NCBI GenBank assembly: GCA_017395365.1
Contig: JAFPUN010000012.1
Coordinates: forward strand, 19,330 to 83,329
Direction of reading: 5' to 3'
Origin: Bacteroidales bacterium
Lineage (GTDB): Bacteria > Bacteroidota > Bacteroidia > Bacteroidales > F082
Length of the DNA stretch: 64,000 nt
The position numbers and the translations under genes were made by a program. Within the stretch, counting starts at the first letter, position 1, and the number at the start of each line of letters is the position of its first letter. Shown here piece by piece: positions 17,679 through 26,655 of this stretch. The notes under the pieces are model-generated. The model worked only from the letters and a program-made list of their open reading frames with translations, ran no database searches and was not told the origin of the DNA.

Positions 17679-18959
17679 ATGGCTGGTGTATACATCCATA
17701 TTCCTTTCTGCAACTCGAAATGCGCCTATTGCGGGTTCTATTCGCTGCCTTCCTTGAAGCTGAAAGATCGCTTCTTGGAGGCTTTGAAAGCGGAGATTGT
17801 GGAAAGAAAGGATTACCTTCAGCGTGGGCCTCATTGCGGGCTTGACCCGCAATCCCCTACGCTGAAGGGCAATCACGATATGCCACCCATCAACACCATC
17901 TATTTCGGTGGCGGCACGCCTTCCTTACTATCCATAAAGGAAATCAGCGAGCTGCTACATCTTATTAAGGAGACGTACCCCATCGCCGAAAACGCTGAAA
18001 TCACCCTTGAAGCCAATCCCGACACGCTGTCGTTGGAATACCTCGAAAGTTTGCGACAACGTGGAGTCAACAGGCTCAGCATCGGCATTCAAAGCTTTTT
18101 CGACAATGACTTGAAGTATCTAAGCCGTCGCCATGACTCACATCACGCCCGACAATGTATCGATTGGGCCAAACAAGCGGGCTTCAATAACATCAGCATT
18201 GATTTGATTTATGGTCTGCCTACCTCAAACGCCGAGCAATGGAACCGCAACCTTGACCTCTTTTTTGCATTGAACATCCCCCACCTCTCGGCTTATGCAC
18301 TCACCCTAGAGCCCAATGCCATTTTGACCAAACAAATCGAACTAGGAAAGGTGTATCCCGTCAACGAAGAGGATGCCTTACGTGATTATGACATCCTCTG
18401 CCAACGCGCCAAGGAAAACGGTTATCTGCATTATGAGATCTCCAATTTCTGCCGTCGTGAGATGCATTCGAAGCACAACGCCAGCTATTGGTTCGGAACA
18501 CCATACATAGGCTTCGGGCCTTCAGCACATTCCTTCGATGGCACTTCACGGCAATGGAATGTTTCCAGCGTTGAACGCTATTGTGAGGTTTTCTCTACTG
18601 CATCACGTCATTGCGAGGAGGAACGACGAAGCAATCCAGACAAAGAGCTTCAGTATCTGGATTGCTTCGTTCCTCGCAATGACGCAAAGCGCGTCCAGGA
18701 TTCGGTGTTGGAAGTCGAACAATTAACCCTAGAGCAGCAATACGACGAATATGTCATGCTCCGCTTGCGCACCCATTGGGGCATCGACCTGAAGTGGCTG
18801 AAACGTGAAATGGGCGAACGTTTCTCCACCTATTGCGAACAACATGCCCAGCCCTTGATTGCCCAAGGCAGGCTCTCACAAACACGCGAATTCCTCTACC
18901 TCACCGACCAACAGATGCTCTTCGCCGACGGCGTGGCAGAAGAATTGTTTTGGGAATAA
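17679..18959 (+). CDS. hemW: Radical SAM heme chaperone HemW (HemN-like), carrying two in-frame palindromic-repeat insertions
   Basis: YIHIPFCNSKCAYCGF radical-SAM CxxxCxxC, GGGTPS, HemN_C-like end. ATG at 17679, one nt after the upstream stop. About 50 aa longer than my recollection of typical HemW length. Confidence 0.85.
   Translation: MAGVYIHIPFCNSKCAYCGFYSLPSLKLKDRFLEALKAEIVERKDYLQRGPHCGLDPQSPTLKGNHDMPPINTIYFGGGTPSLLSIKEISELLHLIKETYPIAENAEITLEANPDTLSLEYLESLRQRGVNRLSIGIQSFFDNDLKYLSRRHDSHHARQCIDWAKQAGFNNISIDLIYGLPTSNAEQWNRNLDLFFALNIPHLSAYALTLEPNAILTKQIELGKVYPVNEEDALRDYDILCQRAKENGYLHYEISNFCRREMHSKHNASYWFGTPYIGFGPSAHSFDGTSRQWNVSSVERYCEVFSTASRHCEEERRSNPDKELQYLDCFVPRNDAKRVQDSVLEVEQLTLEQQYDEYVMLRLRTHWGIDLKWLKREMGERFSTYCEQHAQPLIAQGRLSQTREFLYLTDQQMLFADGVAEELFWE
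17833..17853 (+). repeat. Mini-palindrome attgcggg-cttgac-ccgcaat inside hemW
   Basis: 8-bp stem. The flanks tcATTGC...GCAATcc match the arm ends of the 77-nt element at 18607 and 59229. Confidence 0.7.
18607..18683 (+). repeat. 77-nt palindromic element (gtcattgcgagg...agcaatccag arms), in frame inside hemW
   Basis: The long arm at 18607-18639 pairs with the short arm at 18657-18683. The same element occurs intergenically at 59229-59304 in the opposite orientation. Confidence 0.85.
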
Positions 18960-19003
18960 GTAGATTTTTGCTTCCAAACCTATCAACCTACCATTTTCTT
19001 TCC

Positions 19004-19011
19004 TATTTTTG
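19004..19011 (+). promoter_or_regulatory. -7 box TAttTTTG for the C69 dipeptidase gene
   Basis: 82 nt upstream of the ATG at 19093. The repeat element at 19037-19060 lies in the predicted leader. Confidence 0.45.
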
Positions 19012-19036
19012 AATTTCCAAATAACCTTGACAGCAA

Positions 19037-19060
19037 GGTCCCTGAGCCAGTCGAAGGGCC
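19037..19060 (-). repeat. Copy of the ggcccttcgacaggctcagggacc repeat family
   Basis: ggtccctgagccagtcgaagggcc is the reverse complement of the family consensus with one change. Confidence 0.75.
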
Positions 19061-19092
19061 GATATTATAGAACCATCAATTAATAAAATAAC

Positions 19093-20694
19093 ATGTTAAA
19101 ATTCAAATCATTACTCCTATCCGCTCTTCTGCTCATCGGCCTCGGTGCCATGGCACAAGACGAAAACGAACAACGCGTCGGTGCCAACTGCACCAGCATT
19201 ATGGTAGGCAAAAAAGCCTCCACCGACGGCTCCGTCATCACATCCCATACCTGCGACGGTCGCTACCGCACTTGGATGCGCTGGGAAGCCGCCGCCGACC
19301 ATGAAAAAGGCGAGATGCACAAGGTCTATAAAGGCACCATGCACACTGAAGACCCCTTCGACAACCGCAAAGTAGAACTCGCTGGCGAGATACCACAAGT
19401 GGAACACACCTATGCCTATCTCAACACTGCCTATCCCTGCCTTAATGAAAAACAATTAGCCATCGGCGAGACCACTTTCTCGGGTCCCGACACTTTGGTG
19501 AACAACAAAGGCATGTTTATGATCGAGGAACTGGAGCGCGTTGCCCTCATGCGCTGCGACAACGCTCGCGATGCCATCCAACTCATCGGCAAACTGGTGA
19601 AAGAATACGGCTATGGTGACGGCGGCGAATGCATCACCATTGCCGACAAGAACGAAGTGTGGCAAATGGAAATCCTCGGCGAAGGTCCCGAAAAAATCGG
19701 CGGCGTTTGGGCGGCCAAACGCATCCCCGACGATGAGGTGGGTGTTTCAGCCAATATCGCCCGCATTGGCAAGCTGGAGCGCAAGAGCAAGGACTTTTAT
19801 TGCTCCGACAACTGCGAGGCCGTAGCAAAGAAATATGGCCTTTGGGACGGCAAGGGTGACTTCGTTTTCTGGAAGGCCTTCCGTGCCGAATATGGCGGTG
19901 GCAAAAACTACAGCGATCGCGAGTTTTTCATTCTCAGTCAGCTGGCACCTTCGCTGAACCTCAACCGCGACATGCCCGAGCTACCTTTCTCCGTGAAACC
20001 CGATGAAAATGTCGATGTGCGCAAGGTGATGGAACTCTTCCGCAGCACCTACGAGGGCACCGACATGGACATGACACGCAACGTGAAGATGGTCGCCAAG
20101 AAACGCACCGACGACGGTGTGGTTGATGACACCATCATCAGCCCCATTGCCAACCCATGGGTGGGCAGCGCGATGATGAACACCATTAACTACCTCGCTC
20201 CTGGAACCATCAACTTCCAACGCACCGTGGCCGTGGCATGGAGTAGCTACCACCACATCATCCAATGCCGCAGTTGGATGCCAGATGAAATCGGTGCCAT
20301 CTGCTGGATGGCCTGCGACAACCCTGGACAAAGCCCACGCATCCCCATCTTCTCTGGTTCCACTACCCTGCCTGAAGGCTTCGACAAATGTGGTCAGCTG
20401 CGTTACCGCGACGAGGCTTGGATTTGGCACTATCGCAAGGCTAACAAGCTGGCCACCGTGCAATGGGGCCGCACCAAAGAAACCCTGCTCGGCACCGCCA
20501 ACCGTTTCGAACAGAAGGCTTTCGATGAAATCCCTGCCCTCGAGACCCGTGCCAAGGCATTGATTGCAGAAGGCAAAAACAAGGAAGCCACCGACCTCCT
20601 CAACCAATACACCTCCGACTTCGCCGCCTCAACGCGTCAAGCCTGGAAGGAAATGGAAAACAAGTTCTGGTATTGGTTCGGGATGGGGTTCTAA
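19093..20694 (+). CDS. C69-family dipeptidase
   Basis: Signal peptide followed by the nucleophile motif NCTSIMVGKKASTDGSVITSHTCD. Confidence 0.85.
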   Translation: MLKFKSLLLSALLLIGLGAMAQDENEQRVGANCTSIMVGKKASTDGSVITSHTCDGRYRTWMRWEAAADHEKGEMHKVYKGTMHTEDPFDNRKVELAGEIPQVEHTYAYLNTAYPCLNEKQLAIGETTFSGPDTLVNNKGMFMIEELERVALMRCDNARDAIQLIGKLVKEYGYGDGGECITIADKNEVWQMEILGEGPEKIGGVWAAKRIPDDEVGVSANIARIGKLERKSKDFYCSDNCEAVAKKYGLWDGKGDFVFWKAFRAEYGGGKNYSDREFFILSQLAPSLNLNRDMPELPFSVKPDENVDVRKVMELFRSTYEGTDMDMTRNVKMVAKKRTDDGVVDDTIISPIANPWVGSAMMNTINYLAPGTINFQRTVAVAWSSYHHIIQCRSWMPDEIGAICWMACDNPGQSPRIPIFSGSTTLPEGFDKCGQLRYRDEAWIWHYRKANKLATVQWGRTKETLLGTANRFEQKAFDEIPALETRAKALIAEGKNKEATDLLNQYTSDFAASTRQAWKEMENKFWYWFGMGF

Positions 20695-20715
20695 TCCCTA
20701 TAAAATCACAAAAGA

Positions 20716-20744
20716 AAAGGAGAGCTTAGGCTCTCCTTTTTCGT
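20716..20744. terminator. Bidirectional rho-independent terminator between convergent genes
   Basis: aaaggagagc-ttag-gctctccttt perfect 10-bp stem flanked by A and T runs. Confidence 0.75.
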
Positions 20745-22394
20745 TTAGTGTTGGTTCACGATGATACTTACATCCGCACCATTAGAACCACCAATCTTAA
20801 TGCGACCCGTGCGTGGCCGCAAGCCTGACATCGCATCCACCGTAACAGTCAAGTCCTTGGGACCAAATCCACTCGTCGGTTCGCAATGCAGCCAATCGAC
20901 ATCAACGCTTACTGTCCACGACAAATTTGAAGTGATATGCACTGTGTATTCTCCACCTTCAGGACGTGCGTCAATCTCGGCAACATCAACCTCTAGGATT
21001 TCCTGCTTCCCTTCCTGAACAACAACCAGGGCATCAAGCAATTGACCGCCATGAATGACATTAACATAGCCTATACGCTCTTCCAGGTCTGGGTTGCTGT
21101 TAACCGCGATGTCAAATGAGGCATCACCTTCGCCATAAGAGGTAATTAAAGAAATCCAATTGCTTCCTTGAAGCGTCCACGACGTGTTGGACGTTAACTC
21201 CAAGTGCTGAAGTCCACCATTAAAGACAACGAACAAGGTATCCGTCGAGAACTCGGCATAGATCTGTTCGTCACCAGCCTCTTGGGTCACGCTGACATCA
21301 AAGCATAAATCACCCGACTTGACAGGGAAGGTAAATGTTCTGGGCTCCATTAACGCATTAGGTTCGGCGATTAGGCTGACAGTGGCATTGCCTGTTCCTT
21401 CATATTGTGAAACAGACAACCAGTCGCAAGCCAAGCCAATGATCCAATCTGTATCGCATCCTATGTTGATTTCCGCTTCTCCGCCATCCTTGCCAAACTG
21501 GAACGAGAGCGGAGAGACCTCCAAGAAGTGAGGGTCGGGTGAAGCCTCTTGTCTCACGATCAAGGTGGTCTGAACACCGCCTGCTGTAACGAAGGCAACG
21601 GTGGCTTGGCGTTGGACAAACTCGGGGTTTTCGCCCAGTGTCACGCTGACTGTGGCATCACCCTGGCCTTCCGACTGGTCCAAACCAATCCATTCAGCCG
21701 TAGTAGAAGCCGTCCAAGCATCTTCGGTGGTGATGGCTACCGTCTTCGTCTCGCCTGTGCAAACAAATTCAAGCACCGAAGGAGAAATCTCAATTCCTAA
21801 TACAGGGTCTAAGACTTGCACAACATGCACCTTATCGAAAGTGAGCAAATTACCAATAAAGACCTCAACATCACGAGACTCGCTAAAATCTCCCTCAATT
21901 CGCGAAATCGTCAAAGTCAACGTGCCATCATTGGAACCTTCACTGACCGAGCTGGTAATCCATTGAGGTACAGAGACAGTCCAATTAATATTCGATGACA
22001 CCTGAATGGTATACTCACCTCCTTCGGCGTCACATCTGATTTCTTTTGGTGTGACATTAATATAGTACCGTGGAGCCTGCTGTGTTACAGTCAAAACAGC
22101 GGTATTGTCCTTGGTGGAAGCCGTTATTTGGGCCGACCTTGATTCCATAGTATTGGCGTCTGCAGTAAGGGTCAATGTAGCATTACCATTGCCCGAAGTA
22201 GGCGTCACAGCCAGCCATTCGGCACTCGAGCTTACGGTCCAATCGCCATTCGACTTCAGCGCGACCTCCACCGAGCCTCCCTGGGCTTCTATTTCTGGCA
22301 CAGTGCCATCGAACGATACTTCAACGGCCTTTTGGCAGCCAACGAGCGACAAAGCTACGACTGCAACAAACATCAAGCATTTTAGTTTTTTCAT
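20745..22394 (-). CDS. Lipoprotein with about six tandem BACON domains
   Basis: Lipobox LSLVGC. Repeated units of about 80 aa of the type GGSVEVALKSNGDWTVSSSAEWLAVTPTSGNGNATLTLTADAN...R.A.I.. ATG at 22394; the track start at 22403 is TTG. Confidence 0.8.
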   Translation of the reverse strand: MKKLKCLMFVAVVALSLVGCQKAVEVSFDGTVPEIEAQGGSVEVALKSNGDWTVSSSAEWLAVTPTSGNGNATLTLTADANTMESRSAQITASTKDNTAVLTVTQQAPRYYINVTPKEIRCDAEGGEYTIQVSSNINWTVSVPQWITSSVSEGSNDGTLTLTISRIEGDFSESRDVEVFIGNLLTFDKVHVVQVLDPVLGIEISPSVLEFVCTGETKTVAITTEDAWTASTTAEWIGLDQSEGQGDATVSVTLGENPEFVQRQATVAFVTAGGVQTTLIVRQEASPDPHFLEVSPLSFQFGKDGGEAEINIGCDTDWIIGLACDWLSVSQYEGTGNATVSLIAEPNALMEPRTFTFPVKSGDLCFDVSVTQEAGDEQIYAEFSTDTLFVVFNGGLQHLELTSNTSWTLQGSNWISLITSYGEGDASFDIAVNSNPDLEERIGYVNVIHGGQLLDALVVVQEGKQEILEVDVAEIDARPEGGEYTVHITSNLSWTVSVDVDWLHCEPTSGFGPKDLTVTVDAMSGLRPRTGRIKIGGSNGADVSIIVNQH

Positions 22395-22472
22395 ATCAGA
22401 CAAATGATTTTGGTTTTACTTCAATGTTTAAAAAGAACGAAAAAAAGTCGCGGTTATTATGGTTTATTATAA

Positions 22473-22506
22473 AAAAGGGTGGCCACAGGAAGTGACACAC
22501 CCTTTT
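22473..22506 (-). terminator. Terminator of the ppiD-like gene
   Basis: aagggtg / caccctt stem extended by A-T pairs, with a U run following on the minus strand. Confidence 0.55.
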
Positions 22507-22539
22507 CCTACCATGAAAACAATTATACTTATTATTCCA

Positions 22540-24660
22540 TTAATAAACTTCGGTTCTATTGTCCTTGATCTTGGCGTTGTTTCTCAAGGCATTGTACACA
22601 CCATTGTTAAGCACTTTATTCGTGAACTGGCTGGTCTTTTCCCTAATGATGTCACTAAAATCATTGGTAGTGGCAGGCTGCGTGAACTTCACGTTTTTGA
22701 TGATGAAAGCGCTGCTGTTGCCCGCGATGGGACCCACTTCTTCGCCTTCCTTCATGCCAAGGAGGGTACCAACGATGTCGGCTTCAACACCGAAGTTGCC
22801 CAACACACGCGAATCAATGGTAATGTCGCTTACCGAAGTCGACTCGGCGCCCAACTCATTGACCATTCTGTTCACATCATTGCCGCAAGCCTTCATCTTA
22901 TCGACAGCCATCTCACCTTTTTTCTTATTGAGGATCTGATATTTTGACTGTTCGGCAACAACATCCAAAGGAGCATAACCTTCGTTGACGATACCCGTCA
23001 AGGCAGCCACAACGAACATGTTGTCAAGCTCAAAGACCTTATCGGACACATCACCCTTCTTGGTTTTGCCATCGAAAGCCCAACGGACGATTTCACGAGG
23101 ATTGTCAATACCAGTGATTTGATAGGTAGCCTTGTTCATTCTCGGCATGGTACGCTTGGTCAGACCTTGATCCTCGATGGCTTGGTTGAATTGTTCGTAG
23201 GTTCTGTTCTGCGACACAAACTTGTTGGCCTCTGCAAAGGTATTCTGATAAGTCTTCGTGCTCGCAGTAATCTCATGGGTCAAGTAGGCCAAACGAGCCT
23301 TGGGCTGGGGTTGAGTCTTGCCCGTGACCTTCACGACATGATAGCCAAAAATGGTTTCAACGACGCCCAATGTGCCAACAGGGTTCTCAACCACAAATTG
23401 GTTGAACTCAGGAACCATGGCACCATCGGTAAACCAATCAAGGTCACCACCTTTATCCTTGGTAGCATCGGTGTTGTATTGAGAAGCCATTTCGGCGAAC
23501 AACTCGTCATTGTTCTTGGCGGCCTTCAGTTGAGCCAGCAACTCGTTGGCCTTGGCTTCGGCTGCTTCCTTGCTGATTGTGTCTTGGCTGCCATAAGCAT
23601 CCTTGTAACCAATCAGGATATGGCTGGCCTTCAGCGAGTCAGGACGGCTCTGCATATCAACGATACGCACCAAGTTGAAGGCTTCTCCATCCTCATACGG
23701 TCCATACACATAACCTATGCCATTGCCACCATCGAATACAGCTTGCTCAACCAACTCTGACACATCCTTACGACCATACCAAGTGCTGTCGTAACGCTTG
23801 TCGGAATTGGCATTGACGAAACTGGCCACATTTTCAGCAGCAGTGAAGTCAGGCTTAATGTCTGTGATATATTTCAGTGCTTCTTGACGGTCTTCCAGAG
23901 AAGGTTTGATTTCAAAAACCACATATTCGATGTCGCGACGCTCATCGGTTTCATAGCGAGATTTGTTTTCCTCATAGAAAGCCTTATTGTCGGCATCGGT
24001 CACAACCACAGTCGAATCAGGGATGGTAGTATAGCGCAAAGCGATGACATCGGCTGAGGCTTTCATGTTCTTGTTCTCATAATACTTCTGGGCCAAAGCG
24101 GTGGGAAGAAAATAAGAAGCCTTCACCAAGTTGTTGAACTTGGTCTCCAAGCGGTTGTCTTTCACTGCATTTTCGAAATCGAGCCAACGGTCATAGTATT
24201 CGGCGGGAAGGTCCTTAAGATTCTGGAGATATTGGGTGACTTGGGCCTTGTCGAAGTTTTCGCCTCCGAAGCTCTGCACCACCCACTCGTGCGGATGGTC
24301 ACCCGTCATCTGGTCGAGAAGCTCCTCGTTGGTAATGCCAATACCTGCCGCTTCATATTCTTTAGTCATGAGGTTGTTCTTGATCATCTCTTCCAAGGTG
24401 TTGTTGTAGATGCTATAGGTCTCAGCGGAAGAGAGATTGCCCGTGCTCGACGAAGACCGTCTTTGCTCAAGACTCTTATCCTTTAGTTGCTCAAAGTCTC
24501 TCACCAAGATTTCATCACCATCGACGACCGCAATCTTGGGGCCGCTCGAATTTCTTCCTTGACTTGAGAAAAGGTCTTGCAAGACGAACGCTAACAATGC
24601 GATACCGATAATTGCAATAAGCAATCCGGAGTGTCTTCTGATTTTTTCAATTGCTGCCAT
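22540..24660 (-). CDS. ppiD: Periplasmic chaperone / peptidyl-prolyl isomerase, PpiD-like
   Basis: N-terminal anchor MAAIEKIRRHSGLLIAIIGIALLAFV, SurA-N-like regions, and a PPIC rotamase domain (ASHILIGYKDA...GGDLDWF...PVGTLGVVETIFGYHVVKV). Confidence 0.8.
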   Translation of the reverse strand: MAAIEKIRRHSGLLIAIIGIALLAFVLQDLFSSQGRNSSGPKIAVVDGDEILVRDFEQLKDKSLEQRRSSSSTGNLSSAETYSIYNNTLEEMIKNNLMTKEYEAAGIGITNEELLDQMTGDHPHEWVVQSFGGENFDKAQVTQYLQNLKDLPAEYYDRWLDFENAVKDNRLETKFNNLVKASYFLPTALAQKYYENKNMKASADVIALRYTTIPDSTVVVTDADNKAFYEENKSRYETDERRDIEYVVFEIKPSLEDRQEALKYITDIKPDFTAAENVASFVNANSDKRYDSTWYGRKDVSELVEQAVFDGGNGIGYVYGPYEDGEAFNLVRIVDMQSRPDSLKASHILIGYKDAYGSQDTISKEAAEAKANELLAQLKAAKNNDELFAEMASQYNTDATKDKGGDLDWFTDGAMVPEFNQFVVENPVGTLGVVETIFGYHVVKVTGKTQPQPKARLAYLTHEITASTKTYQNTFAEANKFVSQNRTYEQFNQAIEDQGLTKRTMPRMNKATYQITGIDNPREIVRWAFDGKTKKGDVSDKVFELDNMFVVAALTGIVNEGYAPLDVVAEQSKYQILNKKKGEMAVDKMKACGNDVNRMVNELGAESTSVSDITIDSRVLGNFGVEADIVGTLLGMKEGEEVGPIAGNSSAFIIKNVKFTQPATTNDFSDIIREKTSQFTNKVLNNGVYNALRNNAKIKDNRTEVY

Positions 24661-24807
24661 AATTCTATTTTTCTATTGATTATTAAACTTCAAATTTGAG
24701 CGTGCAAATTTAGTAAAGATTTCAACTCAAAAGGACAAATGTTTCATTTTTATTTTTCAGCCCACAAGGAGACGCATTTTGACGCACCTCATTAACATGA
24801 AAATCAA

Positions 24808-26091
24808 TTATTTAGACTTGATTTTCAGTTCAACTTCATCCAATTTCATGTGGGATGCCTTGAGGATTTTGACCTTATAATTGCCGATTTCAAGCACCTC
24901 GCCGACCTCAGGAATGCTCTCACAATAATGGAGAATCATGCCCGCGAGTGTCTCATAGTCGTCGCTGACAGGAAGGTCGAGCTTGTAATTATCGTTGAGA
25001 TAATCTATTTCGAGACGGGCAGAAAAGACAAATGTGTTGTCATCAACGGTTTTCTCCACCTCGTCCTCCACATCATATTCATCGTCAATCTCTCCAAAGA
25101 TCTCTTCCACCACATCTTCCATGGTGACAATGCCTGCTGTTCCACCAAACTCGTCGACAACAGCGGCCACCCCTTGCCGTTTCTGGATGAAGTGCTTCAA
25201 AAGGCGATCGGCGGTATAAGTCTCTGGGAAGAAGTCGATGGTGCGTACCAAGTCGTTCAATGTCGCCTCTCGATGCTCGGCGATGACACGCACCACGTCG
25301 TTGAGATGGATATAGCCCACAATGTCGTCAATGCTCTCTCCTATCACGATGAGCTTGGAGTGCTTGGTCTCTTCGAAACGGGCTTTCACCACATCAATGC
25401 TATCAGTCAGTTTCACAGATTCAATCTCGTTACGCGGCCCCATGCACTCGCGGAGCTTCACCGAACGAAACTCCATCACGTTTTGGAACAGTTGGATTTC
25501 CTGCTGCATGTCTTCATCCGCCTCCTCCGGGTCGGCATATTCCGCAATGTAGTCGTTCAAATCCACCGTGCTGAACTTGTACTCTTGTCTGTCGACCTTC
25601 AAGCGCAACACATAACGGATGATGAATTCTGAGACACCCGTATAGATCAAAATCAGCGGATATAGAAGGCAATAGCAAACAAAGGTGGGCAAGGCAAAGA
25701 ACGACAGGATGGCATTGGGGTTGATGCGGAACAACATCTTGGGTAAAAACTCGCCCACCAAAAGCACGAGTAAAGTGGCAAGGACGGTCTGCACCAACAG
25801 AATCATGAAGTCGTTTTCGAGGGAAGCGGGCAACATCCATTGTGCCACAGGCAGCAACAGTTGCGACATGCTCATACCATAAACGATAAGTGCAATATTG
25901 TTGCCCAACAGCAGTGAAGTGATAAAACGCGACTGGTTCTTGAAAAACAATCGGATGAGCTTTGCCGAGAAGCTATTCTTGGTCAACTCCACTTCCAACT
26001 GAAGCCTATTGATACTGTTGAAAGCAATCTCTAGGCCCGAGCAGAGGGCTGAAAAAACTAGCGTGATGACAACAATAATCCAGTGGTTCAT
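24808..26091 (-). CDS. gldE: Hemolysin-family protein GldE-like (DUF21/CNNM TM domain, 2 CBS, CorC_HlyC)
   Basis: Four N-terminal TM segments, a CBS pair and a C-terminal transporter-associated domain. Confidence 0.75.
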   Translation of the reverse strand: MNHWIIVVITLVFSALCSGLEIAFNSINRLQLEVELTKNSFSAKLIRLFFKNQSRFITSLLLGNNIALIVYGMSMSQLLLPVAQWMLPASLENDFMILLVQTVLATLLVLLVGEFLPKMLFRINPNAILSFFALPTFVCYCLLYPLILIYTGVSEFIIRYVLRLKVDRQEYKFSTVDLNDYIAEYADPEEADEDMQQEIQLFQNVMEFRSVKLRECMGPRNEIESVKLTDSIDVVKARFEETKHSKLIVIGESIDDIVGYIHLNDVVRVIAEHREATLNDLVRTIDFFPETYTADRLLKHFIQKRQGVAAVVDEFGGTAGIVTMEDVVEEIFGEIDDEYDVEDEVEKTVDDNTFVFSARLEIDYLNDNYKLDLPVSDDYETLAGMILHYCESIPEVGEVLEIGNYKVKILKASHMKLDEVELKIKSK

Positions 26092-26094
26092 GGC

Positions 26095-26655
26095 TTATTC
26101 CTCCTCATCGACATCTAAAAGGGCGCTACCCGAATACATGGTATACTCCGAGAAATCCTCACGAGCCACAAGGCTATCCGCCTCAATCTGCTTGTCGGGC
26201 GTGACAATCTTGACATGAGAACGCGTGTAAATCATCTTTAGGTTCTGATACCAGAACAGTTTGTCGGAATACATCGTCTCATCACTGCCAAAGTTTTGAA
26301 CCACCACATTGCCACGAGCTTCGAGTAGACCTAATGAGCCATAGCTCTTGCCATAGTCGGCATGAAGTTCAGTGGTCTTCTTTTGGTTGTCGTACATATA
26401 GACATCAAATCCCAAAGGAAACTCCATGATGTCCTCATCAGTCTCCATGCGCACCATGCGTGGGGTATGCAGTTCGAGGCTGACGATACCCGAGTCGCTG
26501 CGATAGAAAACCACGCTGTCGGCGATAATGCCCGACAGCGTGTCGTCCGACCCCATGGCTTGGATAATAGCATCGGGGTTTGAACACGAAAACAACATCA
26601 CAGCCACAAGGGCTGTGATGTTGAGAGTGAGTCCTATCTTGAGTAGGCGTTTCAA
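26095..26655 (-). CDS. lptC: LPS export periplasmic protein LptC-like
   Basis: 186 aa, lipoprotein-like signal (VMLFSC), beta-jellyroll-like repeats (LLEARGNVVVQN...). The only start consistent with the signal peptide is TTG at 26655, directly abutting the upstream stop. Confidence 0.55.
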   Translation of the reverse strand: MKRLLKIGLTLNITALVAVMLFSCSNPDAIIQAMGSDDTLSGIIADSVVFYRSDSGIVSLELHTPRMVRMETDEDIMEFPLGFDVYMYDNQKKTTELHADYGKSYGSLGLLEARGNVVVQNFGSDETMYSDKLFWYQNLKMIYTRSHVKIVTPDKQIEADSLVAREDFSEYTMYSGSALLDVDEEE

